Shown piece after piece: positions 20,225-29,652 of a DNA stretch of 64,000 nucleotides; position 1 is the stretch's first letter; each line of letters starts with the position of its first letter. This DNA is from Poseidonia sp. (GTDB taxonomy: Archaea > Thermoplasmatota > Poseidoniia > Poseidoniales > Poseidoniaceae). Location of the stretch: positions 1,434-65,433 of the forward strand of contig JADHNB010000001.1 in assembly GCA_016779705.1 (NCBI GenBank), written 5' to 3'. Made by a program: the position numbers and the translations under genes. The notes beneath the pieces are model-generated. The model ran no database searches and was not told the origin of the DNA. It saw nothing but the letters and a program-made list of their open reading frames with translations.

Positions 20225-21521
20225 AGGCCATCGTTCTTTCTCGACGTCGGTGCTTGTGTTGCTGCTTTTGACGACGGCGGCTCCCTTGGTTTCCGTTTCG
20301 GGGGAGCTGACCGCCGAGGAACGCCTTGCGGAGCGAGGCCTGACCGTTCTTGCCCTTCGAAACGACACCATCGACACCGACCAAGACGGCGACATCGATG
20401 CGGTCCGCGTCGTGGTGGTGCTCAACTCAACGGCGTCCCAAAACGACCTCATCGTGAAACTCCGCGGTCTTCACAAGGAACGAGAGGTGCTTGAGGTCAC
20501 CGAAGTTTCGTTTTCCATCCAAACCAACATCACGCTCGTTTACGATGCCTGGTCAAGAGGCGAACATCGCCTTCGCTTGGATTTCTTTGACGACGACGGC
20601 GAATTCATCGCTTCGTATCCGCTGCCAAACTTTGTCTTAGTGCCCGCCCTTCAGGTGCCGACGGTTCAACTCAACTTGAACGCCGGCGCCACCTTGCAAA
20701 CCGGTGAGGCGTGTGAGGTCGTTCGTGTGTTTAGCGACGAAACCGGTCCACGTTACGGGGAAAGCGGGACACGAACCTTCACTGGAGCCCCCTTCAGCGT
20801 CCTTGATGCGCATGGAACGCTGGATTGTTCGTCGTGGCCTGCCGGCGACTATGCCCTGCGAGAAACGTACCGCAACGGGCTTGGGCAAACCGCCGAAGCC
20901 ACCCTGAATTTCACCATCACCAACCGCCCGGCCCCCCAATTCACCATCGCTGTTTCCGGTCACGGTAACACCACCAACACACCCTGCAGTCTTGCGATGA
21001 AAACGGCCGGAGTCGATGCGGGATGGACCAAGGTTTGGCGAGTCAAAGGGGCGGTTGTTGAAGGCGCTAACACGTCCACGCTGGATTGTTCACAACTACC
21101 AGCTGGAGCCTACCTCGTCACGTTGGAGGTCATCAACGACAAGATGATCACCTCAACGGAGGGCGTCAATCTCATTCGCATGCCTTCTCCAGAGGCGACG
21201 CTCAACCGTACTCAAACGGGCCCCTCGGCCTCCTTGGGCGAAGACACGCCAACCGAATCCGTCGGTTGGCTGTCCATTGGGGTGCTGGCCTTGCTGGTCA
21301 CGTTGGTGGTCTTCGTGGCGATGGCTCGAGACCGTCGCCTCGAACCCCTTGAACTCCCGGCCTTGGGCCCGATTGCACAAGTGTTGCCTGATGGGAGTCC
21401 TGACACCATGGGCCTGCCCACCATCACGGATGACCAAGGCGTGTTGTGGCGCAAGCACCCCGACGGTCGGTTGGACTGGTGGGACAGCGAGTGGCAAGTT
21501 TGGCACGGGTGGGACGCATGA
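20217..21521 (+). CDS. Hypothetical single-pass membrane protein with beta-rich ectodomain and Trp-rich C-terminal tail
   Basis: Signal peptide, DTDQDGDID loop, TM (WLSIGVLALLVTLVVFVAM), tail GVLWRKHPDGRLDWWDSEWQVW; overlaps both neighbours. Confidence 0.75.
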   Translation: MREGHRSFSTSVLVLLLLTTAAPLVSVSGELTAEERLAERGLTVLALRNDTIDTDQDGDIDAVRVVVVLNSTASQNDLIVKLRGLHKEREVLEVTEVSFSIQTNITLVYDAWSRGEHRLRLDFFDDDGEFIASYPLPNFVLVPALQVPTVQLNLNAGATLQTGEACEVVRVFSDETGPRYGESGTRTFTGAPFSVLDAHGTLDCSSWPAGDYALRETYRNGLGQTAEATLNFTITNRPAPQFTIAVSGHGNTTNTPCSLAMKTAGVDAGWTKVWRVKGAVVEGANTSTLDCSQLPAGAYLVTLEVINDKMITSTEGVNLIRMPSPEATLNRTQTGPSASLGEDTPTESVGWLSIGVLALLVTLVVFVAMARDRRLEPLELPALGPIAQVLPDGSPDTMGLPTITDDQGVLWRKHPDGRLDWWDSEWQVWHGWDA

Positions 21522-22396
21522 GTCCGTTGGAAGCGTTGGGTGTGGGCTTTGGCGCCTTGGGGTTGCTCGTTGGCATGCGCCTTTTCTACGTCTGGCGAAC
21601 CCGCATCCGACCCCTTCAACCCTCCTTGGATTTGGAGTGGGCGGTGGATTGCGAGCACCTCACCACCGCCACGGTCGACGGCAACGACATCACGTTTCAC
21701 ATGGTACGAGATTTCACGTGGCGGACCACGCGTGACCGTGACGAAAACTGGGCCGAGTCGGTCCATGTCCGCCTTGATGAATTGAAGGACGTGTGGTTCA
21801 TCGTCGACCACTTTCATGCGTTGAAAGGCCTCGCTCACACCTACCTCACCTTTGAATTCGAAGACGGAACTTGCTTGTCCTTCTCCTTCGAGACCCGGCG
21901 TGAAAAAGGCGAGCGATACCATCCTTGGGACGGGTTGTGGCGAGCCTACGAACTCTACTTGCTGGTCGGCTTCGAGCGCGACGTCACCGGTTTGCGGACC
22001 CACGGTCGCAGAAACAAGGATTACATGTTCAGGGCCATCACCCCTCCTGGCAAGGACAAGGACTTGCTCATGGGGCTGATCGGCAAGCTGAATCAACTCG
22101 CCGTCGAGCCCGAGTGGTACCATTCCTTGCTGACGACTTGCAACACCTCCATTGTTCGCATTGTCAATCAGGTCACCCCGGGACGCATCCCGTTCCTCTG
22201 GCGAAATTTCTTACCGGGCTACACCCCAAAAGCGGCGTTCAAACTGAAACTGATCGAGGATTGGGGCGGTCTTGAACAAACCCTCGCTTCAGCCAGAATC
22301 GACGAACGCGCTCAGGCATGGGACGGGGAAGAGGATTACTCCGCTATGCTTCGCTCCTTCCTTCCGTCATCGCCGAAGAGCGAGGATGCACCATAA
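21518..22396 (+). CDS. DUF4105 (Lnb N-terminal-like) domain protein
   Basis: N-terminal TM; AHTYLTFEFEDG, SFETRREKGE.YHPWDGL..YEL, P.WYHSLLTTCNT motifs; ATGA overlap at 21518. Confidence 0.72.
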   Translation: MSPLEALGVGFGALGLLVGMRLFYVWRTRIRPLQPSLDLEWAVDCEHLTTATVDGNDITFHMVRDFTWRTTRDRDENWAESVHVRLDELKDVWFIVDHFHALKGLAHTYLTFEFEDGTCLSFSFETRREKGERYHPWDGLWRAYELYLLVGFERDVTGLRTHGRRNKDYMFRAITPPGKDKDLLMGLIGKLNQLAVEPEWYHSLLTTCNTSIVRIVNQVTPGRIPFLWRNFLPGYTPKAAFKLKLIEDWGGLEQTLASARIDERAQAWDGEEDYSAMLRSFLPSSPKSEDAP

Positions 22397-23006
22397 GCAA
22401 ACGGCCTTCGGAGAACTCAACTTCAACCCTGGAGCCCAATGAACGGTTGTGAAGACCGTGCGACCCTGTCTCCAAGGCGGTCTTGTCCATCGGATAGGCA
22501 CACCCCGTGAGGGTGATGTTGTTGGCAAACGGGACGGCGAACAGGGAGAACGTTTGGTGCGGCTCCATCTCTATAGAATAGGCCTCTCCGGGACGAAAAA
22601 ACCGGAAAACATGGGTTGAGGTCAGCGATTGGAGGTCCATCTCCTGTTCTGCGCACACCAGCATGTTAGCCCAAGCGTGTTGCGGGTCACCGTCGTGAAC
22701 ACCGACCAAAACGCCTTTCGAGGCGCCTCTCGCCTTCGCCAGCTTGAGGGCTTTGGAGAGGTCGTTGGTGTTTGGGTCCCTGACCTCCACCACCTCACCC
22801 CCTCCTCGAGCGAAGGTCGCAAGGATCTCGGGCTCCACACTGTCCAGGTCCCCGACCACGGCATCAACGTGAATGCCAAGCTCAACGCACCGGTTGAGGG
22901 CACCGTCGCAAGCCAACGTGAAATCCACCTGGTTTTGCAGTTCTCGAATCGTCGCTGGCTCGCACCATGGGCCGTTGGCGAGGATGAGCCCAACGCGCCC
23001 GGTCAT
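22344..23006 (-). CDS. thiN: Thiamine diphosphokinase
   Basis: LILANG, ACDGA, VVGDLDSV, NDLSKAL, GCAYPM...GSHGLHN; start moved to ATG 23006. Confidence 0.85.
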   Translation of the reverse strand: MTGRVGLILANGPWCEPATIRELQNQVDFTLACDGALNRCVELGIHVDAVVGDLDSVEPEILATFARGGGEVVEVRDPNTNDLSKALKLAKARGASKGVLVGVHDGDPQHAWANMLVCAEQEMDLQSLTSTHVFRFFRPGEAYSIEMEPHQTFSLFAVPFANNITLTGCAYPMDKTALETGSHGLHNRSLGSRVEVEFSEGRLLMVHPRSSAMTEGRSEA

Positions 23007-23054
23007 GCTGAGGCCTAGCCGCACGTCTTTCTCAAGGCAACGGTGAACGCGTCC

Positions 23055-23073
23055 TGACCCCCGTAGGGGGTCA
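23055..23073. repeat. Perfect 8-bp inverted repeat in the divergent intergenic region
   Basis: TGACCCCC-GTA-GGGGGTCA between the thiN and adhesin starts. Confidence 0.6.
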
Positions 23074-23121
23074 ACGCCTGAATCAACAATGATTTTCAAG
23101 GTCGGAGGCTGTGAGGCGTCC

Positions 23122-26100
23122 ATGTCGGACGCCGATACGCAATCGTTTCACATCAAAAGCGTTCTGCTGGTGCTTCTGTTTCTGCTGTCCATCGCCAGCC
23201 CAATCGTCCCTGCATACGGGCCGTCTGAGGTCCTCGAGCAAGCCTCTCCATCGGCTCGCATGGCGCCGTTTAACCTCGCTTCTGGCTACGGCCATGAACT
23301 GGCCGGGACGACGGTGACCGTTGACGGCCTCGACAACGCCTTGGTGAGGGAGGAATCGATGTTTGACTACTGGATCACCACCGAACTCAACAACTCCAGC
23401 ACCGAGCATCACGGCACTCCCGACATGAAACTCACCCGGGCTGACATGGAGCACTACTGCTGGTCGACCGAAGAAGGGTCCATCCGAACCGCCATTCACC
23501 GCCCGAATGGGGCATGGAGCACGACCTTGGTTGACACCGTTGCCGCCACGAATACCTCATCGTTGGTTGATTGCGCCATTGCCGTGACGGGGAACGAGCT
23601 TCCTCGGGTGCTTTATGCAGACGGTGCTGACCTGAAAATGGGGCGGTACGCACGCGAGAGCGCCACGTATTACGACGGGCCACGTTGGCACACTCGGACC
23701 ATCATGGAGAATGTTGAGCCAACCCACCTTGAACTTGAAATCACGCCTGAAGGCGTGGAGTGGGGCTTGATGCGCACGGTGGACGGTGCCTTGCACCAAG
23801 TGAACTTCAGCGGGGCGTACTGGACCTCCTTCCTGCTGGATGTTGGCCCCATAGGGGACGATTTCGAATTGGCCATGGATGACAACGGCACCGCTCACGT
23901 TCTCTACACGCGTTCCAACGCCCAAGAAGTCGTGCTCCTGCGCGTCAGCGGCATGGAACGTGACGTCCGGATTCTCGAGCGAAACAGCGACCTGGTGGAC
24001 GCTTTGGGCATGGACCTTGATGCCAATGCCGTCGAGCAAATCGCCACCGCCACGCAAACCGGGCCGTCGTTTTCCATCAACCTCATTCGTTCGCTCGCTG
24101 GGCAAGACGCCGGACGTGTTGACCCCGTCCCCCTGGATGGACGAGAAGGCGTTGAAGATGAAGAAGAAGGTTCGTTGTTGATGGCGGATTTCAACAACGA
24201 CGGCTTTGATGATTTGGCCATCGCCACCCCCACCGCTGACCTCGTTGGTTTTACCGACAACGGCCGAGTGGACGTTTACTTCGGTTCTTCCGCAGGGCTG
24301 AGTGCGACGCCCGATGCCATCCTCGCCGGCGCCAACGACAACGCCCGATTCGGTCAAGGCTTGGATGCCGGGGATTACAACCACGACGGCATCGTTGATT
24401 TGGCCGTTGGCTCCCCTGGTTGGCAACCAACCGGTCAAACCGATCTTCACAACGGCCAGGTGAGCGTTCATCTTGGCGGGCCCTCTGGCCTTCAATCCAC
24501 ACCATGGTGGACCGCGAACGGTTCGGAAAACGAATCGCTAGGGGCTGTCCTGACCACCTTGGAGCGAACCTCAGAAGCCGACGGATTGGCTGCGGCGGCC
24601 CACGGCTACACGCTCGAAGTGAGCGAATCTCAAACCAACGTCGGCAAGGTGGTGCTGTACGGCGGTGGAACCGATGCGATGGCCATGGAGCGAAACCTCA
24701 CTCAATCCAAGTCCGGACCGATGTTTGGCCGCTCGTTGGAAGGCTGCGATATCAACGGTGACGGTTTGGATGAGTTGATCGTGGGCAACACGGGAACTTT
24801 TGCCAGTTCCCTGGGCTATTCGTCGATCGAGTACTACTACGGCAACGCCTCCGGCTACGCAGGAACCCCCGAGCACACGCTTGAATCGCTCTCCCAGGGT
24901 CGTCTGTTTGGCCACAACATCGTCTGCGCTGGCGACCTCAACGGTGACGGGTACAACGAACACCTGTTGACCGAACCGTTCAACAGCACGCAAACCGTGT
25001 TTGGCACCGGTGTCTTGTGGCTCTACAACGGCACCTCCGGTTCGCTCCCTTCCGAAGCGGACTGGAAATACTTCCCCAGCATCGGCAATCAAAAAATCGG
25101 CGAAGCCATTTCACCTGCAGGCGACATCAACGAGGATGGGTACGATGACCTCTACATGAGCAGCCAAATGGGGTCGAAAGCCGGCCGATTGGAGATTTTC
25201 CTCGGTTCAGCTAACGGATTGCGGTCCGACAAACAGTTGCTGGCCGATGGAAACGGGTCCGAACAACTCGGCTTCCGCCTCGCCAGCAACGGCGACCTCA
25301 ACGGCGACGGTTTGAGTGAAGTGGTCTTTTCCCAGAGGACCTTCGAACGAGGCGACGCCTTTGCGCTCAATTACGTGATCCTCTCCGAGCGAGATTGGGA
25401 ATCCATTTCGTTTGAGTACACCGGGTCCATCTCCGCCCTGGACCTCGCCACGGCGGCACGAGGCGAGACCAGCATGGCGTTCGTTCATCAGGACAGCCTC
25501 CGTTCGTACGTTGGAAAACTGGAGCACATGAACGACGGCACTCCCTCCGGTCAATGGGTTCATCAAACCGTTGAACGCACCACCACGTCGAACGTCACCG
25601 TTGAATTTGGCGTTCGTTCCTCGGGCCAACCCTTGGTGGTCGTTGAGGACGACGCTTCGATCCGTTTGCATTCAACCACTTCCATGACCGCCGTCCAACA
25701 AGAGGTGGCGACCACCGGGACCATGGGTCAATTTATCGGTTCGAACGTCAACCAAGATAACGAACAAGTTCTTGCTTACACTTCGGGGGCCGGCAATCAA
25801 ATCTTTGCAACCGAGCAATCTTCAACGGGCTGGTCGACCGATTTGGTGCGGACCAACGCCGCGTTGGCCAACGGCATTGAAGTGCTCTTTGACAGCGCCG
25901 ACGTCCCTCGTTTGGTTTACCGCCACAACACCACGAGCCAACTTGAGATGGCGGTCGGTGGGAGCAGTTGGTCCCTGACGCCCTTGGGCAATGCAGGGGA
26001 CGCCGTTTCGTTGCAACACCCCGCGGTGATGCTTGCCAACGACACCCTCGCCGTGGCCCTCCTCTCCTCCAACGGAAGCGCCACCAACCTTGCCCTGTGG

Positions 26101-29100
26101 ATGCATGACGGCACCGCACTCAGCGAACAAATCATCGCCAACGCCAGCGATGTCGAGGCTGAACTCGGTCTCGCGGTGCTGGCCAACGGCTCATTGCTCG
26201 TGGCTTCGCTGAATCAGTCAGGCGCACTCCGGTTGTATGAACAGTGGCCCGGTGACACCGCTTGGCAAACCCACACCCTCGTTCAGCCCAGCGGCACCAA
26301 CGGGGAGTATCGTCTCGATCTTGAGGGCGGCACAACGCCCGTCTTGGCGGTTCGTGCCAACGCCGTCTCCTCCATCTTGATGCCCAACGGCACCGGCGAG
26401 TGGAAGGCCGTTGCGGAGCGTCCAGCGGCGGCTCACGACGGGGCGTGGGACGTTTTGGTGGTCAACGACCATCTCTTGTTGTTGACCAGTGATGAAAGCA
26501 CCCATCAACTGACCGTGAACACGCTTGAACTCAGCAGCGTTCAGCAAAGTTACTCTCCTTGGATGTCGGCCAAGTTTGGTGACGTCCTCGTCACTCACAA
26601 AGTGGATGCTGCATTCGACACGAACGGCACGGTGCACATGGGGTACTGGGACGAGGTTGACAACGACGCTCTTTTGTTGCGACTTTACGTTGACCAAGAC
26701 CGGGACCTCGTGTTTGACCTGATGGACGACCTGCCCACGGTGGGCAACCAATGGGCGAACAGTGACGGCGACAATTTCGGTGACAACCCGCTGGGGCCGC
26801 TGCCGGACCAATGCCCCACCGTGGCTGGGCTTTCGTCCTACATCATCTTTGGATGCGTTGATTACGACACCGATGGTTTCACCGACAGCATTGACGGATG
26901 CGATTCCCAAGGCGGGACGTCATGGATTGACCGATTTGGATGCGAAGACCTCGACCAAGACGGATGGTCCGACAACGGCGCCACCTACTACGGAGGTGAC
27001 GTGTACAAAGGAAACTGGAAGCAGGCCCTTGATACCGACGGCGACGGCTTCGGCGATAATCACGGCGTTGATTGCTGTTCAACGGTTCTCGACCCCAACG
27101 CTGGACCCGGTGACCTGTTCCCGTACTTGGCCTCCCAATACGCCGATTACGACGGTGACGGGTTCGGTGACAACGACACCGACGCCGTGCACGGAGACTT
27201 CTGTCCCTGGGATTACGGTGAATCGTGGCGAGACCGAAACGGATGTTTGGACTCGGACGGCGACGGTGCAAGCGATCCGTCTGCTGAAGGGACCTTCTTC
27301 GAGTGGAACACCAGCCGAGGGGCGGATGTTTGGCCCTTTGACGCCACACAGTGGAAGGACACGGACGGCGACGGCTACGGTGACAACCAATCGGAGAATG
27401 CGACGTCTCCCGACCGCTTCCCGCAACGCATTGTGGCGGCCAACGACACCGACGGCGACGGCTTCCCGGACAATTGGACCGCCTTTGCCTCGCTCGACGA
27501 TGACGGGGACGGGGTGCAAAACCTCGACGACCGTTGCGTGGATTCCGACGCCGCCTTGGCCATCGACGCCGAGGGCTGCGACACGGACCAAGTGGCCAAC
27601 ACCACGTTCCCGAGAACCTCATACAAAGCCGGGCTTGAACTTGACCAATGCCCCGAAGAATGGGGCAACTCCAGCCTCCCGGTCAAAGGCTGTCTTGATT
27701 CCGACGGTGACGGCTACACCGACCAATACACCTACACGGTGAACGAGACGACGGGGCTGCGAGAAGGCCAAACCGGCGATGCCTTCCCCTTCATCAAATC
27801 GCAAGTTCAAGACACCGACGGTGACGGATTTGGCGACAATCCCGCCGGCGAACAAGGCGACCAGTGTCCCTTTGAACCCGGTGTACTCAACGGCACCGAA
27901 GGGGTCGGCTGCCGCCTCATCGATGTCAACGACGACGATGGCGACGGGGTCATCAACGACGTGGATGTCCTGTGCCCGAACAGTCCGTTGGGCGAGCCGG
28001 TGAACGAGGAGGGTTGTGCTCAATCCGAACTTGACGATGACGATGACGGCGTCAAGAACAACGCCGACCTCTGTGCAAATTCCCCGGTCGCAACAGCCGT
28101 GGACGAGGATGGATGCACCAACGAACAGCGAACCTCCGACTCTGACGGGGACGGATTGAACGACCCTCAAGACCGCTGTCCTGGAACCGAGGCGGGTGCT
28201 GATGTTGATGAGAACGGTTGCTCTCAAGGGCAACGAGACAGCGACGGGGACGGTCTCTCCGACCTTGACGATGCCTGCGACGATACCCCGCCTGGTTTCC
28301 CCATTCTCGCCAACGGTTGCACCGACGAGAGCGCTCTCACCGTCGATCTTGACGGTGATGGATATGCAGGCCTCTACACCTACGACCTCGACCCGGACAC
28401 GGGGCTTCACGTCAATCAAACGGGCGATGCCTTCCCCAGTGACCCCACCCAATGGTTTGACCGGGACGGCGACGGCTACGGTGACAACAGCGATGGTACC
28501 AATGCAGACCATTGCCCCGACGAAAACGGGACGTCCTACATCGATTTCCTGGGTTGTTACGACGACGGTGACGGTTGGAGCGATGCCAATGAACCCGAAG
28601 CCTTGCGAGGCAATCCAACCCAATGGAAAGACACGGATTTCGATGGTTTCGGGGACAATTGGGGCGACCCCGCATGGACGGCCCTGCGAGATCCGTCATG
28701 GCCCGGAGAGTTTGTTGAAGGGGCCACCAACGCCGACTTTTGTCCCAAAACGACCTTTGGCTTGCAAGTCGATGACGAAGGTTGCCATCCCTCCGAACGA
28801 GATTCGGATTTGGACGGCGTGATGGACGATTCCGACAACTGCCCCGACGACCCCAAAGGCGTGGACGGTTACGAAGACGGTTGCCCCTACATTCCTTTAT
28901 CCGGCGACGGCGATGAGGGCCTGTTCGGCGTTGATGCTGGCACGCTCATGGTCATCGCTGGCGGCGGCGTCTTGGGCATCTTGGTCTTGATGTTGGTGGT
29001 GCGCCTTGCGCGGAGGGGAGGTGGTGACGACGAGGACGACGACGATTACGACGACTTTTTCGACGAAGACAACGAAGAAGAGAGTTTCCTCGACACGTTG

Positions 29101-29595
29101 GACGCCAAGCGGGCTGCACCAACCCGGGCTCGTCCATCGGCCAATCAACGGGCTTCTGCCCCCTCCGGTCGCGGCCCCAGCGCCGGGCCCTCAACCCCCG
29201 GACCCGGGGGTCCTCCAAAGCGAAGCGGTGCCGGTCCTCCTCAACGCGGAGCAGGCGGTCCGCCCCAACGTGGCCCCGGAGGCCCACCTCGTTCTTCGGA
29301 TGAACCGCCCCGTCAATCCTCGTCGGCCTCCGCACAAAAAGTTGCGAAGAAGAAGTCCGTGACGGCGGTCGACGAGAGCCCTTCAGCCAAGGTTCGTAAA
29401 GCGAAGATCCAAGTTGACCTCTCCATCTTTGAAGACTGGCAAGCTGACGACCGTGAGTCGGCCGTTGATTGGGTCGTGGGCGCCTTCGGCGACGGTGACG
29501 AAGAGCGTACCGTGCTCATGCAATTGCAAGAAACAGGGTGGACCGCTGAACAATCTCGGGCCATTTGCAACCTTGCGAAGAACAAAGGGGCTTGA
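23122..29595 (+). CDS. Giant (about 2150 aa) surface protein: FG-GAP integrin-alpha-like propeller, TSP3-like repeats, TM, long cytoplasmic tail
   Basis: Signal peptide; DFNNDGFDDLAIATP, FGQGLDAGDYNHDGIVDLAVGSP, GDLNGDG repeats; many DxDGDG..D..CP repeats; TM near aa 1955; acidic and Pro/Gly-rich tail. Confidence 0.88.
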   Translation: MSDADTQSFHIKSVLLVLLFLLSIASPIVPAYGPSEVLEQASPSARMAPFNLASGYGHELAGTTVTVDGLDNALVREESMFDYWITTELNNSSTEHHGTPDMKLTRADMEHYCWSTEEGSIRTAIHRPNGAWSTTLVDTVAATNTSSLVDCAIAVTGNELPRVLYADGADLKMGRYARESATYYDGPRWHTRTIMENVEPTHLELEITPEGVEWGLMRTVDGALHQVNFSGAYWTSFLLDVGPIGDDFELAMDDNGTAHVLYTRSNAQEVVLLRVSGMERDVRILERNSDLVDALGMDLDANAVEQIATATQTGPSFSINLIRSLAGQDAGRVDPVPLDGREGVEDEEEGSLLMADFNNDGFDDLAIATPTADLVGFTDNGRVDVYFGSSAGLSATPDAILAGANDNARFGQGLDAGDYNHDGIVDLAVGSPGWQPTGQTDLHNGQVSVHLGGPSGLQSTPWWTANGSENESLGAVLTTLERTSEADGLAAAAHGYTLEVSESQTNVGKVVLYGGGTDAMAMERNLTQSKSGPMFGRSLEGCDINGDGLDELIVGNTGTFASSLGYSSIEYYYGNASGYAGTPEHTLESLSQGRLFGHNIVCAGDLNGDGYNEHLLTEPFNSTQTVFGTGVLWLYNGTSGSLPSEADWKYFPSIGNQKIGEAISPAGDINEDGYDDLYMSSQMGSKAGRLEIFLGSANGLRSDKQLLADGNGSEQLGFRLASNGDLNGDGLSEVVFSQRTFERGDAFALNYVILSERDWESISFEYTGSISALDLATAARGETSMAFVHQDSLRSYVGKLEHMNDGTPSGQWVHQTVERTTTSNVTVEFGVRSSGQPLVVVEDDASIRLHSTTSMTAVQQEVATTGTMGQFIGSNVNQDNEQVLAYTSGAGNQIFATEQSSTGWSTDLVRTNAALANGIEVLFDSADVPRLVYRHNTTSQLEMAVGGSSWSLTPLGNAGDAVSLQHPAVMLANDTLAVALLSSNGSATNLALWMHDGTALSEQIIANASDVEAELGLAVLANGSLLVASLNQSGALRLYEQWPGDTAWQTHTLVQPSGTNGEYRLDLEGGTTPVLAVRANAVSSILMPNGTGEWKAVAERPAAAHDGAWDVLVVNDHLLLLTSDESTHQLTVNTLELSSVQQSYSPWMSAKFGDVLVTHKVDAAFDTNGTVHMGYWDEVDNDALLLRLYVDQDRDLVFDLMDDLPTVGNQWANSDGDNFGDNPLGPLPDQCPTVAGLSSYIIFGCVDYDTDGFTDSIDGCDSQGGTSWIDRFGCEDLDQDGWSDNGATYYGGDVYKGNWKQALDTDGDGFGDNHGVDCCSTVLDPNAGPGDLFPYLASQYADYDGDGFGDNDTDAVHGDFCPWDYGESWRDRNGCLDSDGDGASDPSAEGTFFEWNTSRGADVWPFDATQWKDTDGDGYGDNQSENATSPDRFPQRIVAANDTDGDGFPDNWTAFASLDDDGDGVQNLDDRCVDSDAALAIDAEGCDTDQVANTTFPRTSYKAGLELDQCPEEWGNSSLPVKGCLDSDGDGYTDQYTYTVNETTGLREGQTGDAFPFIKSQVQDTDGDGFGDNPAGEQGDQCPFEPGVLNGTEGVGCRLIDVNDDDGDGVINDVDVLCPNSPLGEPVNEEGCAQSELDDDDDGVKNNADLCANSPVATAVDEDGCTNEQRTSDSDGDGLNDPQDRCPGTEAGADVDENGCSQGQRDSDGDGLSDLDDACDDTPPGFPILANGCTDESALTVDLDGDGYAGLYTYDLDPDTGLHVNQTGDAFPSDPTQWFDRDGDGYGDNSDGTNADHCPDENGTSYIDFLGCYDDGDGWSDANEPEALRGNPTQWKDTDFDGFGDNWGDPAWTALRDPSWPGEFVEGATNADFCPKTTFGLQVDDEGCHPSERDSDLDGVMDDSDNCPDDPKGVDGYEDGCPYIPLSGDGDEGLFGVDAGTLMVIAGGGVLGILVLMLVVRLARRGGGDDEDDDDYDDFFDEDNEEESFLDTLDAKRAAPTRARPSANQRASAPSGRGPSAGPSTPGPGGPPKRSGAGPPQRGAGGPPQRGPGGPPRSSDEPPRQSSSASAQKVAKKKSVTAVDESPSAKVRKAKIQVDLSIFEDWQADDRESAVDWVVGAFGDGDEERTVLMQLQETGWTAEQSRAICNLAKNKGA

Positions 29596-29652
29596 CAACC
29601 GTCGTGAGGGCTTAAATGACGAGCAGGTTTGGGCGGAAGAGGAGAGAGATGC

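Noticed and set aside
23007-23121. TPP riboswitch upstream of thiN
   Set aside because: Lacks the CUGAGA and downstream conserved elements in the proper arrangement
17708-29595. CRISPR-like or DNA-level tandem repeats (gacggcgacgg units)
   Set aside because: Degenerate codon-level echoes of DxDGDG protein repeats, with no constant repeat-spacer period
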